Shown here: one piece after another, positions 1 through 14,700 of the stretch
Position numbering within the stretch: the first letter of the stretch is position 1
Layout of the letters: the number at the start of each line of letters is the position of its first letter
Source: Tubiluchus corallicola
Lineage: Eukaryota > Animalia > Priapulida
Reading direction: 5' to 3'
Assembly: GCA_030141605.1 (NCBI GenBank)
Contig: JAQGDQ010000238.1
Location: 1-64,000, forward strand
Length of the DNA stretch: 64,000 nt
Program-made: the position numbers and the translations under genes
Notes under the pieces: generated by a model
Database searches by the model: none
Seen by the model: the letters and a program-made list of their open reading frames with translations, nothing else
What the model was told of the DNA's origin: nothing

Positions 1-612
1 TGGTACTTTGTAATCTTCCTGACAAGTTTCTGTATATATTAAAGAAGGAACGATTAAATAATAGAGAAAGAATTATTAAATATCCAGCTAATTGGATAGA
101 AATTACTAGAAAGGTCCCAACAAAGACTCTTAAATTGTTAATATTTTCAGTGTATTCTTAGCTATTAGGCTGCAAGCTCATTTGAAGTTTATACATTATT
201 CATAACTTAATTTGAACCTTTCAAGGCACAATAAACTCTATTCCCAACATCCCAACAAAATGCTTATAGCATGATGTAATTGTAGTGTTTTCAGAAATTC
301 TTAAATGAAATGCATGGAAACACGAAGTGCATTATAATAGTTTGCTTGATGGTGAGTACTGCTGCATAAAATAATGATCTGGAGACTTGTAATTTTAAAC
401 AGACACAGCCTACTGTGCGATTGGTATGTTTAAGGACTAATGTTTAAGTAGATTGCAACATCTACAAACTTTTCATGAATATTTTAATAAAAGCAAAAAT
501 CAAACATTTTGTGGAAGACTTTTCAATTACACACACAATTACAAAAAATACCCATTCACCCCCGATTTAGATTTTCTTAGTACAAATTGGCACTTTCAAA
601 CCAGGATCCCCT

Positions 613-925
613 CAACATCAGGTTGTGGTATGACCAGAACACAACATCAGGTCTTTGCATGACCAGAACCCACATCAGGTCTTGGCATGACCAGAATCCA
701 GCATCAGGTCATGGTATGACCAGAACCCAACATCAGGTCGTGGTATGACCAGAACCCAACATCAGGTTGTGGTATGACCAGAACCCAACATCAGGTCTTG
801 GCATGACCAGAACCCAACATCAGGTCGTGGTATTGCCAGAACCCAACATCAGGTCGTGGTATGACCAGAACCCAACATCAGGTTGTGGTATGAGCAGCAC
901 ACAACATCAGGTCTTGGCATGGCGA
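613..925. repeat. 29-bp minisatellite (~10-11 copies, unit TGACCAGAACCCAACATCAGGTCGTGGTA)
   Basis: Unit recurs at 631, 660, 688, 717 etc., head to tail with point variants and no unique spacers. Confidence 0.95.
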
Positions 926-929
926 GAAC

Positions 930-1135
930 CCTACTTGTTAGTAAGGATAATCTTCTAAGAAGAGACATTGAACTGACAGTTACATCCATAACTTCCTCCC
1001 TCAGCAGGTAAATAACATGGGGAAGTTTGGTAGATAACACCAGTTTTCCTGGCAGTCACCTATTCATTTACTGTCCTAGCTTGCCATTGTTTAACTGTGG
1101 CCGCTAAACACGCACATTGACCACTCAACTATTAA
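930..1135 (-). mobile_element. Degenerate 5S rRNA-derived SINE relic
   Basis: Reverse strand reads ...cacagttaaacaatggcaagctaggacagtaaatgaataggtgactgcc, resembling the 5S box A/box C region (GAAGTTAAGCAA...GGATGGGTGACCGCC) and the copy at 41830-42110. Confidence 0.45.
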
Positions 1136-2987
1136 CTCTGCCTTAGATGCCCTGGTTCACAAATTTTGCTTTTCTTAAGAGCAGTGCCTAGTAACATTCT
1201 TAGTTGAATTGATTTTTAAGAAATAGTTGCTAATTGATGATTTAATTTGAGTTAATTAACCAAGATTAAAGTTGATCTTCACTCGTATTGGTTTTTTTAC
1301 TCCTTTCAGTACAGTTTTTGTATCAGACCGTGCAAAAGTATATGCATTCATTTCACCTACTATGTTCAAAAAGCATTAATAACACCATTTAAAGTGTTTG
1401 CTCTTAAGGTAAATAAAACTAAAAAATTAATGATTTACCAAAAAGATCGTTGTATTGATTTTCATGCTCACCTGGCATTTTAACATAATCGCTGACTTCT
1501 GGAATAATACACTAATCTGTATTATTTGTGGCGGTTTTAATAAATTTGGATCAAACTCCTTCAAAAGGCTGGCGCATCCCCAAGCTTTAATAACAAAGCT
1601 CTTTTGTCTAATTAAGACGGCCACGTTTATAGCGTGTCGTTCCCACAGATTCCATCATGAACAAAGACTGAAAAACCCGGTTTTAGTCTAAATTTTCTAG
1701 TTTTCATAAGAGTGTATCAACCAGACTTTATGTCAAAGGGTACGCCGTTTCATTTTCTTTCGGATTTTAGATAATAAAGTAAATATCAATGCCCTTATTA
1801 CACGCAACCTTTGTTCAAGAAAACACTAGATCTTTTACCACAATCGTAAATGAGATATAAAAGGCTACACTAATTAACATATTTCGACTTTAACTGTTTT
1901 GCTAAATTGCGAATGCGGAAAAACAAAAATATGAAGATGAACTTGTGAAACCGAAGACACAAAAGCGAATTTTAACAAAAAGAAATATAACTACGTAAGT
2001 GATGATCATAGCAGAATAGCGCTCACTGAATGATAAAGCAGGTTATGTTGGCATCTATTTTCGGTCGATGGATAAGAACGAGACTGACGGCAACGATGAC
2101 GATGTCGATGATGAAGAAAAATATACTGCTGCAATATGTTGCTGATTATTAACTAATGTAACAGACAGAAGTGGCAAATTTGTAAACAACTTATAGGACT
2201 TTCGTGTGTCCTCGTCAAAGATCATTAACTAACCGACCAGCCACACAATAAATTTAAAATTAAAAAAACAAGCAGGTAGGCATACAAATAGAAGGTTATT
2301 AGCGTAATTACTTTTCTTTGCAAGTATTTTTCTTTACGCACTGCACAAATTTTAGTCAAACCGGGTCGTTTGGGTCACGGGTTTTGTCTGGTGAGATCCC
2401 ATGATCAAGTTCCAGCAATGACACATAGTGAACAGAAACCATAAGCCAACTTACAAACGTTACCATTAAAACAATTTAAAAGCGGAAAGGATGATAGTCG
2501 AGTATTAGGGCACCGGTCTGGTTACAAAATATTAACTTATACACCAGCGTTGGGTGCACTTCAGCATGCAACGGAGAATCCAGATCGATACCCGCGTACA
2601 ATTTTTTTAAGAGTGGAGTAAAAAATACATAAACCCATGAGATCAATCATCCAGTTGCTAACCAGACACGGCGCTATTTAACTTTGGTAGACCCACACCG
2701 TGTTCACTCACCTAGTCCCTCCAAATTTATGCAAATCCAAAGTTTCGTCGAAGTTAAACGCTAGCTTAAACAAATTTTATTAAAACGACAAAAAATGATT
2801 CACCCTAAATTTAAAAGACCAAAAATCAAAAGAGCAATCCCCATTGGGAATACACACTTACTAACACTTTTTTTACATATTTAGCTTACTAATTCTCTGT
2901 TCTTTATTTAAATATTTAGTTTATTTGTCTTGTAGAAATATTTTTAATTGTTATTTATAACTATGCTTTGTTTATTATTCTATAGTA

Positions 2988-3031
2988 CTTTTTATGTACT
3001 GAAATAAACGTAAAAATAATAAAAATAAATA

Positions 3032-3102
<71 letters not shown>

Positions 3103-3109
3103 TATTTAC

Positions 3110-3159
<50 letters not shown>

Positions 3160-3184
3160 TTACGTTTATTTCAGTACATAAAAA
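2988..3184. repeat. AT-rich palindrome: ~30-bp inverted arms around a (TA)n core
   Basis: ttttatgtactgaaataaacgtaaaaataat ... attattttacgtttatttcagtacataaaa flank (TA)n tracts at ~3037-3154. Confidence 0.85.
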
Positions 3185-4510
3185 ATACCTACATATATAT
3201 AAAATGTACATACATATATACATATACATGTATGTATACACGTATATATCTGTACATAGACGTTTTGTGATTACAAACTTGCATAAAGTGATGTAAATTT
3301 ATGCAGTTTATAAACATTGCCATTCTGCGGACTGGCCAATACTCTGCCCAGGGTGTATAATTTATTGTCGTCTATTCTTGCTTCTACGATATTTTAATTA
3401 GTGAACCCAATGTATTTGTTTATACTTGCTGCGAAACAAGAAATCATATAAACTTAAGATCGAAAGGAATCCTGTTAGATCACATAAAGCAACTTATCCT
3501 CTATTCGTGTGGAAAATGCTTTGAACATGTTAAGACGAGCAGGTACGTCAATAAATGAATTTTATTGGGCAAAATAGCAAGATTATACATTTAGATATAG
3601 TGGTCTACGTGCAACTCAGCACGTAGGCTTTCGTTTATTCTGGCAAAAACAGCTATATTACACAAGATATTATTCTTTTTAGTATTCGTATCATTATTTT
3701 TCCATGCCACGGGCTGACATGTTTTCTGTAGATTATTTAATGTGCTTGTAAATATGAAAACGAAATGACTTTTTTTCGTAAAACGATTATCGCTACAGGG
3801 GATTCATTTAACTGACAAATAATGCCGTAAAATTTTCCATGAATTTTTCTGTGCGCATTTTTATTTCTCCTCTCTCGGTGAACTACAGTTGAATTGTCAC
3901 TATAGCGATTATAGCTATCAAGTTAATCATTATTATAAAATTAAAAGAGTGAGTGTTACTCAGAGCATTATATTCTGCACAAGCAATATGATTGTATTGA
4001 ATAAGTATATATTACCAAATGCGTAATATTCAAATTACAGTTTTGTCCATTTAATATTTATACTAGTAGCTCGTAGCGCCAACTAACATGCTTACTTTAG
4101 GCTTCGAAGTTAGTTAAGACTGCGTGAAATTTGTTTGGACCTGATTTTTTTGTCTCACAACACACGTCACTGAATTCTTCGCCTTTTTACCTATATGATC
4201 GGCGCCCGAAAAGTGTCGAAATTTTGATTATGATGAAGAATTTTGATTACTATGATATTATTGATGAAGAAGAAAATACGGAATCGCGCGAAAATCACCA
4301 CATTGATGTTGCAAACGCTTGTGTATAAACATTGCAATTTTTATGTGGTGCATTTACCTGGGATAAGAGGCTTGAAAGTGGTATGGTAATGTCTACCTCG
4401 GTTTTTCGACTAGCATTCAATTCTCCAGGATACAGAAATACGCCAAGTCGCATGCATGCACTTGTATGGATAGTATAGTAGGCACTTGTCTGAAGAATAT
4501 ACTAAGGACA

Positions 4511-4669
4511 TACTATACTATACTATACTATACTATACTATACTATACTATACTATACTATACTATACTATACTATACTATACTATACTATACTATACTA
4601 TACTATACTATACTATACTATACTATACTATACTATACTATACCATACCATACTATACTATACTATACT
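4511..4669. repeat. (TACTA)n microsatellite
   Basis: Direct inspection; source of the YYTIL pseudo-ORFs. Confidence 0.98.
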
Positions 4670-5959
4670 GAATATACTAGTACAGAATGAAGATGTAGAT
4701 TCCTAATCAAGTGTCTGTTGGATTGGGAGCCTAATGGTTACTGCTTTGTTTTTATCCAGTCTTTATGGCCCGTTCACACATAGAGCGACTTTCTGCACAG
4801 TTTTTCACGGTCTGTTAATTGTTCTTTTTTATTTCAAATTGCATCGTTTATACATAATGCGAAAAACCGCGCGAAAAATAACCTGCCGTGCGTTTTCCCG
4901 CGCCGGTTGCTCTCTGAGTCATTTATTTTACAAAATCCGCGCAGATTTTCTGTTAGAAACCACTCACAAGTGAGCTTTGATAATACATCATCAGCAAAAG
5001 CGCGTGCTTTAGTAGAAAAAAACTTTATGAAGTGCAAAACGGTTGAACTCAATTAATGTTGAATTTTGGTAGTTTGTGCTGTTTGATTACTTTGCACTGA
5101 CCTCACCTCAAACAGATGGCTAACCGTTAGCTTGAGCGCTACACCACTTTGTATTTTCTTTGCTAGTGTCATCCTGTTTTAGTTTCAGTAATTTGCAAAC
5201 TGTTCTTCAGTCATTCAAAAGTATTGCTGAAATTTGTTTGGATGGAAACATAATTCTTGAACAAGGTGGTGCTATTCACCGGACAGTGGTTTCTTTGCAA
5301 TATCCCATGCACGGATATGCGCCCGTGTTTTTTAGCATTTTCAAAAATTCGTCTAAATAAATATTGTACCAAAATTTCATCCAGAATGAACGACATCTTT
5401 TCTGAAAGTGGCGCATTTTATGTAAAAACTGCTTTATACTGGCATTCCATGAACTACTGAGTTTTTTGTAGTTGCTCTTTGCCCAAAAATCATAAAATCA
5501 CAAAAATAAATAATAGGCCTATTGATAATATTAATTGCAATTGACTTCATTCTATTAATGTTAAATTTTAATTGATGACCACATATATAACGATTTGTCT
5601 TTTCATGAACTACTGTGTGACAGTGGTTCAGTTTACGAAATGCTATGCACAGAATAGTGTGGCAGTTTCATATTCTTTCCTACCACATTTGCGAGCGTCA
5701 AGCTTCCTTAATGCCTTGCAACACAAAATTATCTAACTAGATATTTAATTAAGTATATTTCAAAATCTGCTTCTTATTGACCATTTTGCTTTTTGTTAAT
5801 TAGTGAATCGATGTTTAAAACAAAGAACATCAGCCGAAGCTACTATAATCGACACAAACAAAGTAAAATTTATAATACACAATTAAATAAAAAAATGCAG
5901 TGATTAGAAAGTGAAAATTATGACAGCAAAAATTTTTTAGCCACTATTCAGAATCATAA

Positions 5960-6740
5960 AATTGTCTGCTAGTCAAGTTGACAAGACTATATGCACAATA
6001 TGAACATTTACAGGTTTCACTATACCAAGATTTCATTAAGTTTTTAAATGATCTTAGACTAGTAGCTTCCTGGGTATTTTCAGTAAGTCATTCCACAACT
6101 TTGCTCCTTGGTATCGTGGAAAATTAATTCCATAAGTGGTAGTATTGACTTGAGGAATTTGTAATTTATTTTGGCCACGAAGTTCATAGTTTACATGTTT
6201 AGGAATAAAAAGTTCTTGAACATATGGAGGGTTTAGATTATCGAGCGATTTGTATACCTCAATTACTAAGGACCTAAGTCTACCAAGGTGCAATGTTGGT
6301 AAATTGGCATTTGACTACAGCTGCTCATAGTTGCTATTGTAATCTTTATAGACAAAATCTAACTGCTCTTTCCTGCAGTTTTTCAAGTTTTGGGGTACTT
6401 TTATTATTGCAGGCATGCCAAACCAAGTTACAATAGTTAAAATTTACAGAGACAAAAGACTGAAAAATAGCCATACGACTATCTTTATTAAGAAATTTTG
6501 ACAAGCTTTTTAATGCACTTATTTGCTTAGCAGCCTTTTTGCAGATTTCTTTAACATAACATGATCGTCAAAAGTGCGTTTAAAATCTATGTTTAATCCA
6601 ACAACTTTACATCTGTTTCAGGTTTTATGTTTACACCTTCAAAACTAAAACTTATATCATCACGATTTTTATGCCAAGCACAATGGACTGGAACTTTTCA
6701 GAAATGACACACATTCGATTTTCTTTAAACGAATTTTCTG
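5960..6740 (-). mobile_element. 5'-truncated, frameshifted CR1/L2-group LINE relic (RT C-terminal region)
   Basis: Minus-strand peptides EICKKAAKQISAL, NFNYCNLVWHAC, EVYKSLDNLNPPY...YELRG...TTTYG...GAKLWNDL and terminal CKCSYC are typical of CR1-group ORF2 ends; frameshifts present. Confidence 0.8.
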
Positions 6741-8760
6741 TATTTTTGAATGTACCATTTGCATTAATGCGAAAATAACTAATAAACAATCATTTCAGGG
6801 TGCTTTCATTATGCAACACAGCACCACTCATAATTTGATACCAGGTTCCCCGATCTGCTGCCACATACGAAGTATTCACGTTATTTAAATCAATCTACTT
6901 AAAAAGAACGAGAAACAATTTTGAACTGATTCCTGATTCATCAAGCGGTATGTTGCGCAAACACGAGTCAAAACGAAGTTACCAGAAACGGTGCGTTTCA
7001 TGCCTGAGACATCAGGCAACCTAGTGAAGAACACAATTACTGTAATCACGTGCATTTCATGGTTCCTCCTTTCGTTATTACTATTTCGGCGATCTTGCTC
7101 TCACTTAGGGTCTGTTAAATTTGATGGAAAATAAGGTATATCGTTTTGCTTATAATAGGCTAATCTTCCCGGAAATATAGTGGATGAGTGAGCGTTAAAT
7201 CGGTATTATCGGGGAACTCTGCAAATCCATCCATTTGTCCGTCCGTGCTTTTATTTCAGGGTGCGTAACAATGTACATTGCACTACTAGTACTAGGCTAT
7301 TTCCTACAAAAAATGCTAAGGTGCACACATATGCTTATACAAATACTACAGCAGAACTAAACGTAATTTGGATTTGTAACAGATGCAATACCGTTATGCA
7401 GAACTAAATGCGTATCTTTGCATAGACATCAGGACCTAGAGTTTAACCCGTGTGCGATCCTATCTCATATTCATTTTAAATTTGTGTGTTTTATATTGTA
7501 TTACTGTTTTATTACGTTATCTTTTCAGCTTGAAGTTAAACATTCACAGCTTCAATGCTTCTTTTGACCATTATATTCTTCAATAAGCTGACTGCATGTT
7601 TTTTTCCATCTCGAAACAAGAGCTATCTCAAGCCCTCATAACAGGTTTTTCTGCATGCCGTGCAAGGAACCAAACCTAATTTTCAAGGTGTTTACTTGGT
7701 TTGCAACAATGCATGCATAAATTATGACATTATGTGAATATTTTTAATTTTACTTCAGTTACCCATTTGGTATCGGTCACTCTAGCCATGCCACATTTTG
7801 TTTCCAAGGCTGTAGAGCTACACTCTTAGACAATGCATTCAGTTTTGTTGTCATGTGGACTTTTTGCTAAGTCTAGAATGTGCCTTCTGATGATATATTA
7901 AAGCGACTAGCGACTGTGCCCAACCACATATTTTAGATTTTTAGAAAGCAACACCGATATAATAAAATAAAAATCATACTAATACAACTTTAGTTAAATT
8001 GCCAGTGGAAGACTGGATATATTCTTTCATTAATTGTTTATTACTGCATTTCTCCTCATAAAAGCAGTTTGCTCAAATTTTAATTGGACTGCACTAAATT
8101 GTACTATTATTTGCACTTTTATGTGGCATTTTATAATAAAACAGACTGTTATCACGTGACCATGGGCTGTCATTGTGTGAATGTCGAAGAAATGCTGGTC
8201 ACCGGTAGCCAGTCGCTCAAAAAATAGAAACAATTTATACTTTCAAGCAACTGGCAACTTGTTACATCATCATACATTGAAAATATACACGTTTTATTTC
8301 TTGCTGCCAGTTGCGAGATGCGATTGCCTACCACGGTCGCCAGTCACCAGTTGCTTCAGTGTATCATAGGCATAAATCACATTTGACTGCTAGTTCAGCA
8401 TCTCGTCTTGTGATTATCTTTGAGAATGACAAAATTTTCAGAAAATGTGTAGGCCATTATGAAACCTCCTCTAGCAGCTAGAGCTTGCAGAATGCCAACT
8501 GATTATAAAAAAATTGGACAAGTGATTGTGTTTCATAATACTAGCCAATCCCTTGAATAATGTTAGTCGTGTAATTGGATTGTCTGTAGTGTAATTTTTA
8601 GATTTTTGTGTGTATTGTAAATGTTTGTTAATTAGTTAATGTGTAAGTTTATTAAAACTTATGAACTGTAAAAATTATTATATTTTTTTCTTAGCGTGTC
8701 AAAAAAGTGCTGAGGAGTTAAAAAACGACTCAAGTTTTATATCGGGAATTGATCAAAGTC

Positions 8761-11700
8761 ATGGCTTGGACAAGCTACCAGTGGTTTGTTGTGATCTTAG
8801 CTGTTGCCACTGGCACAATCAACACGATATCTACAAAGTATGGTTGAGTTACAAGTTCTTAAACTTCACAACTGTTAACTATTTCTACAGAAACTAGGTT
8901 TATGATAGATTTTTCTATCATAGTTAGATTGTATGAACATAGTTAGATAGTAGCTAGAATGGATTTTTGTTTTTCAAGGTATCTAAAGTAATCAATCTAC
9001 AATTATCAGTCAAATGCAAATCAAAAATAGCAGATTTCTGTATGCCAAGAATGAAACACATTTTATATGGGACTGCAACTATTTTACAGAGGAAGAAAAC
9101 CTGAGTTAAATAAGGTTTGGTCACAAAAACTATTGCCCTCGGTGCAATCGGGTTGATACAGTGTCATCAATTAACATGCAGTTGGACTTGTTATCAAGAA
9201 AGTGCTGCTATAAGGTGGCTGCATCCGAAAACGCTTTCCAAATGGAAAGAAATAATTTTCACCTTTTGCTGTATTAAATCTTGTATATATGATGTTGTAA
9301 ATGTTTCAAGTTACGGTTAAAGTGAACTACCTAACCTTTCTTACTGTATAAAGTATTGTAAAATGTATTCAGACTAGGACTAAAGCCAGATGAATCACCA
9401 GTTTACCATCCATTAAGTCAACAATTAGCTATAAAATTAATTCACAAGATAGGACTATATAAACTGGTTCAGGAAGTATTTCCCTGGCAAAACCCATTTA
9501 TGATGTAGTAAAGGGCATAGACTGGTTGTTTCCCATTTTACTCTGTGTACTGTGAGTCTAAAATGTATTAAACTATGTGACATGTCATTATACTAAATAT
9601 GTTATTGCTTTGCACATGTATAAATGTACTAATCCATTATGTGACATTTAACCCATTTATGATGTAGTAAAGGGCATAGACTGGTTGTTTCCCATTTTAC
9701 TCTGTGTACTGTGAGTCTAAAATGTATTAAACTATGTGACATGTCATTATACTAAATATGTTATTGCTTTGCACATGTATAAATGTACTAATCCATTATG
9801 TGACATTTAACCCATGTACATGTGATTCTAATAACTATTGTCCATCATGATGTTTTAATTTGTTGTTTATTATTTTTATTTTATCGCAGCTAAGAACTTA
9901 TACGTCATTCTGTTCTAGCTGATCTTCTTAACTTGAGCGACTTTTCATCTAGAAAAAACAAATAAAACCATTTTTCGGTTAAATCTTTTCAACTTTGTTA
10001 TAAAATCAAAATACAGGAATCAGAAAAGTTCTCGACAGGTTGATGCAAATCACCCAACACTATAAGTAGAATCTGTTGTTTTGTTGTCATGAAGTGATGA
10101 CACCTGTTGCAAAAAATTGTTGTAAAAACTGGGATGGTTATTGCCGAGAATTATCCTGACAGTGATTTTTCAGTAGAAAAAAATTTGTAGTAATTCTTTA
10201 ATTAGTTAATTTTAAATTGATTTAAATTGCTTGTTGCTATGATCCAATCGAGTTGAAATTTGGTGCAATGATTGATTAGTTGGGATGTCGTTGGTTCAAA
10301 ATAAAAAATTGTAACAGTTTGCTAATTAGTTAATTAATTATAACTGTTTAATTAATTAATTTTCAGTATTTTTCAAATGAAAGATTATAGAGAGTAGAAG
10401 TGCATGATAGCCTTGAGCCATTTCTGTATCATTTTAGTCTGTCTGTCTGTATTTTATATTTATCCTTGGAAATCTTGATGCTCGGGTTTAAATATTTAGG
10501 TTGTTTACTGTAAACATTTAGCATAATTTTTGCTTAGGTGGGCTGATCTCCAAACAGCTCCTGGTAGGGATGGACACGTGCATTCCTTTGATCATCCTTT
10601 TTTACAGGTTTGTAGTTTAAATACTTTTTTGCATGCAGAATTATTTGGTTTTTAAAAAATCGGTATTTGTACAAGTTGCTTAAAAAACAAGAATTTTTTT
10701 CAAAAAAAGATGCCAAAAGTGAGTTAGTTAAACTATTTGCTTTATTGTGCCACATATATATATATATATAGTGAAAATTTAATTGCACTGTTGATGCTGG
10801 ACAAATTAGAGAGATGATATTGTACAAAAGTGAAATTTTTTTTACATTCTGTTTGGTCTTTTAGGCTTGTTTCATGTTCATTGGCGAGATTAGCTGCCTA
10901 ATTGTTTACAAGATACTTCTTCATGTGAACCGTAGGAAGAAATATGATAAACTGACTAATGAGTCACCAGCTAAGTAAGTATCTATCTGTCTACTGCATA
11001 GTAGCTGCGTATTACATACAAGTACCTCGGTTTTGCTGAACATGCATTTTCCTTCCATTTGCTTCCACAAGTAGGGTTTCCACGGACAAGGAAAATCTTG
11101 GAAAATCCTTGAAAATACAGGCTATCCTGGAAAGTAATGGAAAACGATAATTTGGTAAAAAGTCAGGGAAAATGATGGAAACGGGGCAAAAAGTCATGGA
11201 AATTAGAAAGGGTTGCAAAAATAATCACTGTAAACCGATATAAAGGTTTATAGAAAACCTATAAAAACGTTTTCAAACATATTTTTCAACGATTCGTGTT
11301 TAAATAAAATATTGCTATGGCAATCTCCCTGTTTCAATTTCTGTTCCAAAACTAATGATTGGCTGATACATATATCAGTATATGTATGAATGTCCATACC
11401 CATAAATGTTTGAATATGTATGCCGGTCAGTGGCGGAGGACGTGTCAGTGACTGTGCTAATGCAGGAGCTCCTGTTTTCACTCATTATTATCGATAATAT
11501 TCAATATAATAAGTCTTTTTTTCTTTATATATTTTTTTTATACTTGTGCTGAACTGGAGCATGTGAGGGAAGTGCAATTCACTTCACAGCCCAATCAACG
11601 TGGTGTTTGGCTGTTGTGCACATGAGGCTATGTGCATGTCTGAGATAACACGCTGTATGCTATCGTCTGCTGCTAGACAGAAAAGTACTGTCTCGAACAC

Positions 11701-14700
11701 AGTAACGATTGCCACATGTGTTTAAAAATATATTATTTAATAATGGGCGCCCTGCATCCCCAAGACATAAGTTCTGTGCCTGTAAGTGAACTACAACAGC
11801 TTAATTTTTCGCAGTTGTCGCTCCATGAGAAAGTTGCAGTTAAGAAAACAGGCCATTCAACATCTAATCTTCAAATATGGCTGAAGCAGCACCCCCACTT
11901 ATTTTAGCTATGAGCCGCCACTTATACCGGTAATGCAATTTTTGCTTATCTTGGTTCTGCTTTTCTGCTTCTTTTAATTTTGAAACTTTGAATTTCAAGC
12001 TGTTGAGAAAAAGACAATATCCAGAGTTTTTTAGTAAACCTTTTTTCTATGCTTTTCGTTTAGGGCATATAGGCCTACGTTCCAAGATGCATAGATTTTA
12101 ATAAAATTTAACTTTCAAGAAAAGTGCCAGCCTTCATCAGTCAAATCATCAACTGTTTTTGTTGCAAGTTGATTTGAAGATAATTATTAGAAATACAGTT
12201 AGATGCCTAAAATGCCCAGTTTATGAAGATATCTTTTGTTGTTTCTTTATTTAGAAAAGTTATATGAATTGACAGAAATTTGTAAAGTTGTTCCAAGCGT
12301 TGTAATGCGTAGTTGCTATAATTGTGACATACTAACTGTACTGTACCTGCATCCCCAGCATAACAGCAACATCTAACGGTGTTAAACCTTCTGTCAAAGA
12401 CAGTCAGAGCTTCAAAAGCAACCCCCTAAACAAGTGATTAAATGTTTAGCTTCCAGGAATGCTTTGGTAACGATGTTAATTGCAGTGGACCAGCGGTCAA
12501 AGCAAACCATTAGGCTAGCATAATTAGGGTATGCTAAACGTTCCTGCTTACAAACAAAACGGTACTGAACATGATTGCTTCTATGTACATTATGGGACAA
12601 AAGCCAACTAAGATGATATAAAAGTCATAAAAGCTTATTTGTCACACGAAAGTGTCTTATTGAAGCATGTGAAGGTAAAATATTGAGTCAATCATAGGGA
12701 GTTATTTGAGTCAATTACCGATAGTTTTTATGTGCATTTGAATATAAGCGGCCCATACCAGACATTTTTGAGTCATTTAAAGCAATTGAGTTTATTAACA
12801 GTGAGTCTATTAAGCGGCGCCTACTGTATTACTAATATGAAATAATATTTTTATTGACAGGTTTAACCCATTTATATTCTATTTACCTGCATTATGTGAT
12901 ATGGCTGGCACGTCTTTTATGTACCTGGGATTGAATTTTACTCATGCATCAAGTTTTCAGATGCTCAGAGGTAAGTGCTAGCTAAGCAAGTTCAAGCAAT
13001 TTCAGAATAAGCGAGATTGCTGGTTCCGTTTATGCTTATCTGTGGTGTTTAATTATGAAAATTAATAAATGAAACAATGTAATGATAAACTGATGATTAT
13101 GCTGTTCTTTATTTGAAGGGAAAGAAAAGAGAATTTTTAAAGTATGTCTCAAAAGCTTTTCATACAGATTTATATTACTTAGCATTATACTTGCTTGCTT
13201 GATTTTTTATTAGTAAAAGATATAAATCAATTTAAATGAAATTATTCATTCATCGCAGCCTATATCAAAATCGTAATTACATATTATGTTTTCCTTATGT
13301 TTCCTTGCTATTATAACATCATTTACTTTATTTCAAACTTATTTCAATATATCAAAATCGTAATTCCATATTATGTTTTCCTTATGTTTTCTTGCTATTA
13401 TTACATCATTTACTTTATTACATCAATTTCATTGAGTCATCTACAAAAGCACGCATAACTTTAATAATTTTTTTATTTTCATTTAAGTAAGGTGAGTGTG
13501 TTAATGACCGTGTGGTCGTAAACTCACCTCACACTACTCAAATCATTTTGTTTATTGTTTATTTATGTGTATAATATTGTATTTTGATGTGTGAAATAAA
13601 ATTCATAGTTCATAGTTGAAAAACATGAAACTGAAAAAAAATATTAGCAATTTAAAATGTTTGCGCCAGCTGGTAAAATGTCGCTGTTTCACTATCCCAG
13701 GATGCACCAAAATGTCATTGGCGCACAAGAAAATGTATTATTATTTTCTAGCTTCTTGCAAGTAAAGTATTTCTTGTCCCTTGACAGAATGTGATTGTTT
13801 GCTAATGGTTGAAATAACTTTTGTAACAGAATAAGTTAAACAGTTGGCTTTGGTGAGTACTTTGGGTGCTTTGCTATCAAGTCAACCAAAAATTTTGTAA
13901 TTTCCGCAAGCAAAAATTGGTCCAGAAAGCTGTGATTATTTCAATTACGACTATGAGTATGATAATGATTGCAGACCCTGGATCTTGCTCATTTAACATC
14001 TTTCTGCAGATACTGTCCCAGTTAATGTCATTTATGTCCTTGTCTCATTTTTTCAATGATTCAACTACTTACTTAACAGGTTTTTATTAACCTGACATCT
14101 TTCCACCAATTTTGTTACCCAAATTTTGTTCCATTAATGTTTTGCGCAGTAGAGTTTACATTCTCTGTATTTTAAATTAATTGTCTGATTAGTTTTTTCT
14201 CATGAAACTTTTTGCAGGTGCTGTGATAGTATTTACCGGGATGTTGTCCGTAGCATTTTTACATCGTATTTTGTTCTGGCATCACTGGATTGGTATATGG
14301 CAGGTTGTTGCTGGTCTGGTGCTTGTTGGCCTAGCTGATGCGCTGTTTCATGAAACGGGACAGTATGATACAAACAGCATTATTACAGGTGAGTTCACTT
14401 AATAATAGTAATCATAATAATTTATTTTTTTACGAGCAACAAACTGCATCTCATCACTCATTACAAATACAATTAGTTGTGAATTTTGTTAATTAAAATA
14501 CAAATTTAAAATACTAGTAAATTTTCTATTAATAAAGGTAAGAATAGAAAAGCAAACATTTTGAAAGCAGTAATGGATTAGCTGCATACTCGGAAAATTT
14601 TTTAAATGGATTGAAAAAAATACAACATGTAATAGCAATCAGGTGAAATTAGCTAGATTTGCTTCTAGTTGTAACTAGTAAGTCTGTAATAAAATAATAA

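Noticed and set aside
613-925. CRISPR-like array of ~29-bp repeats (also 16970-17327)
   Set aside because: Units are contiguous with no unique spacers, no cas genes, eukaryotic context: minisatellites.
290-2760. Possible exons at ~295-351 (+) and a GTGAGT donor at ~2711 (-)
   Set aside because: No recognisable protein and no consistent exon chain could be built.
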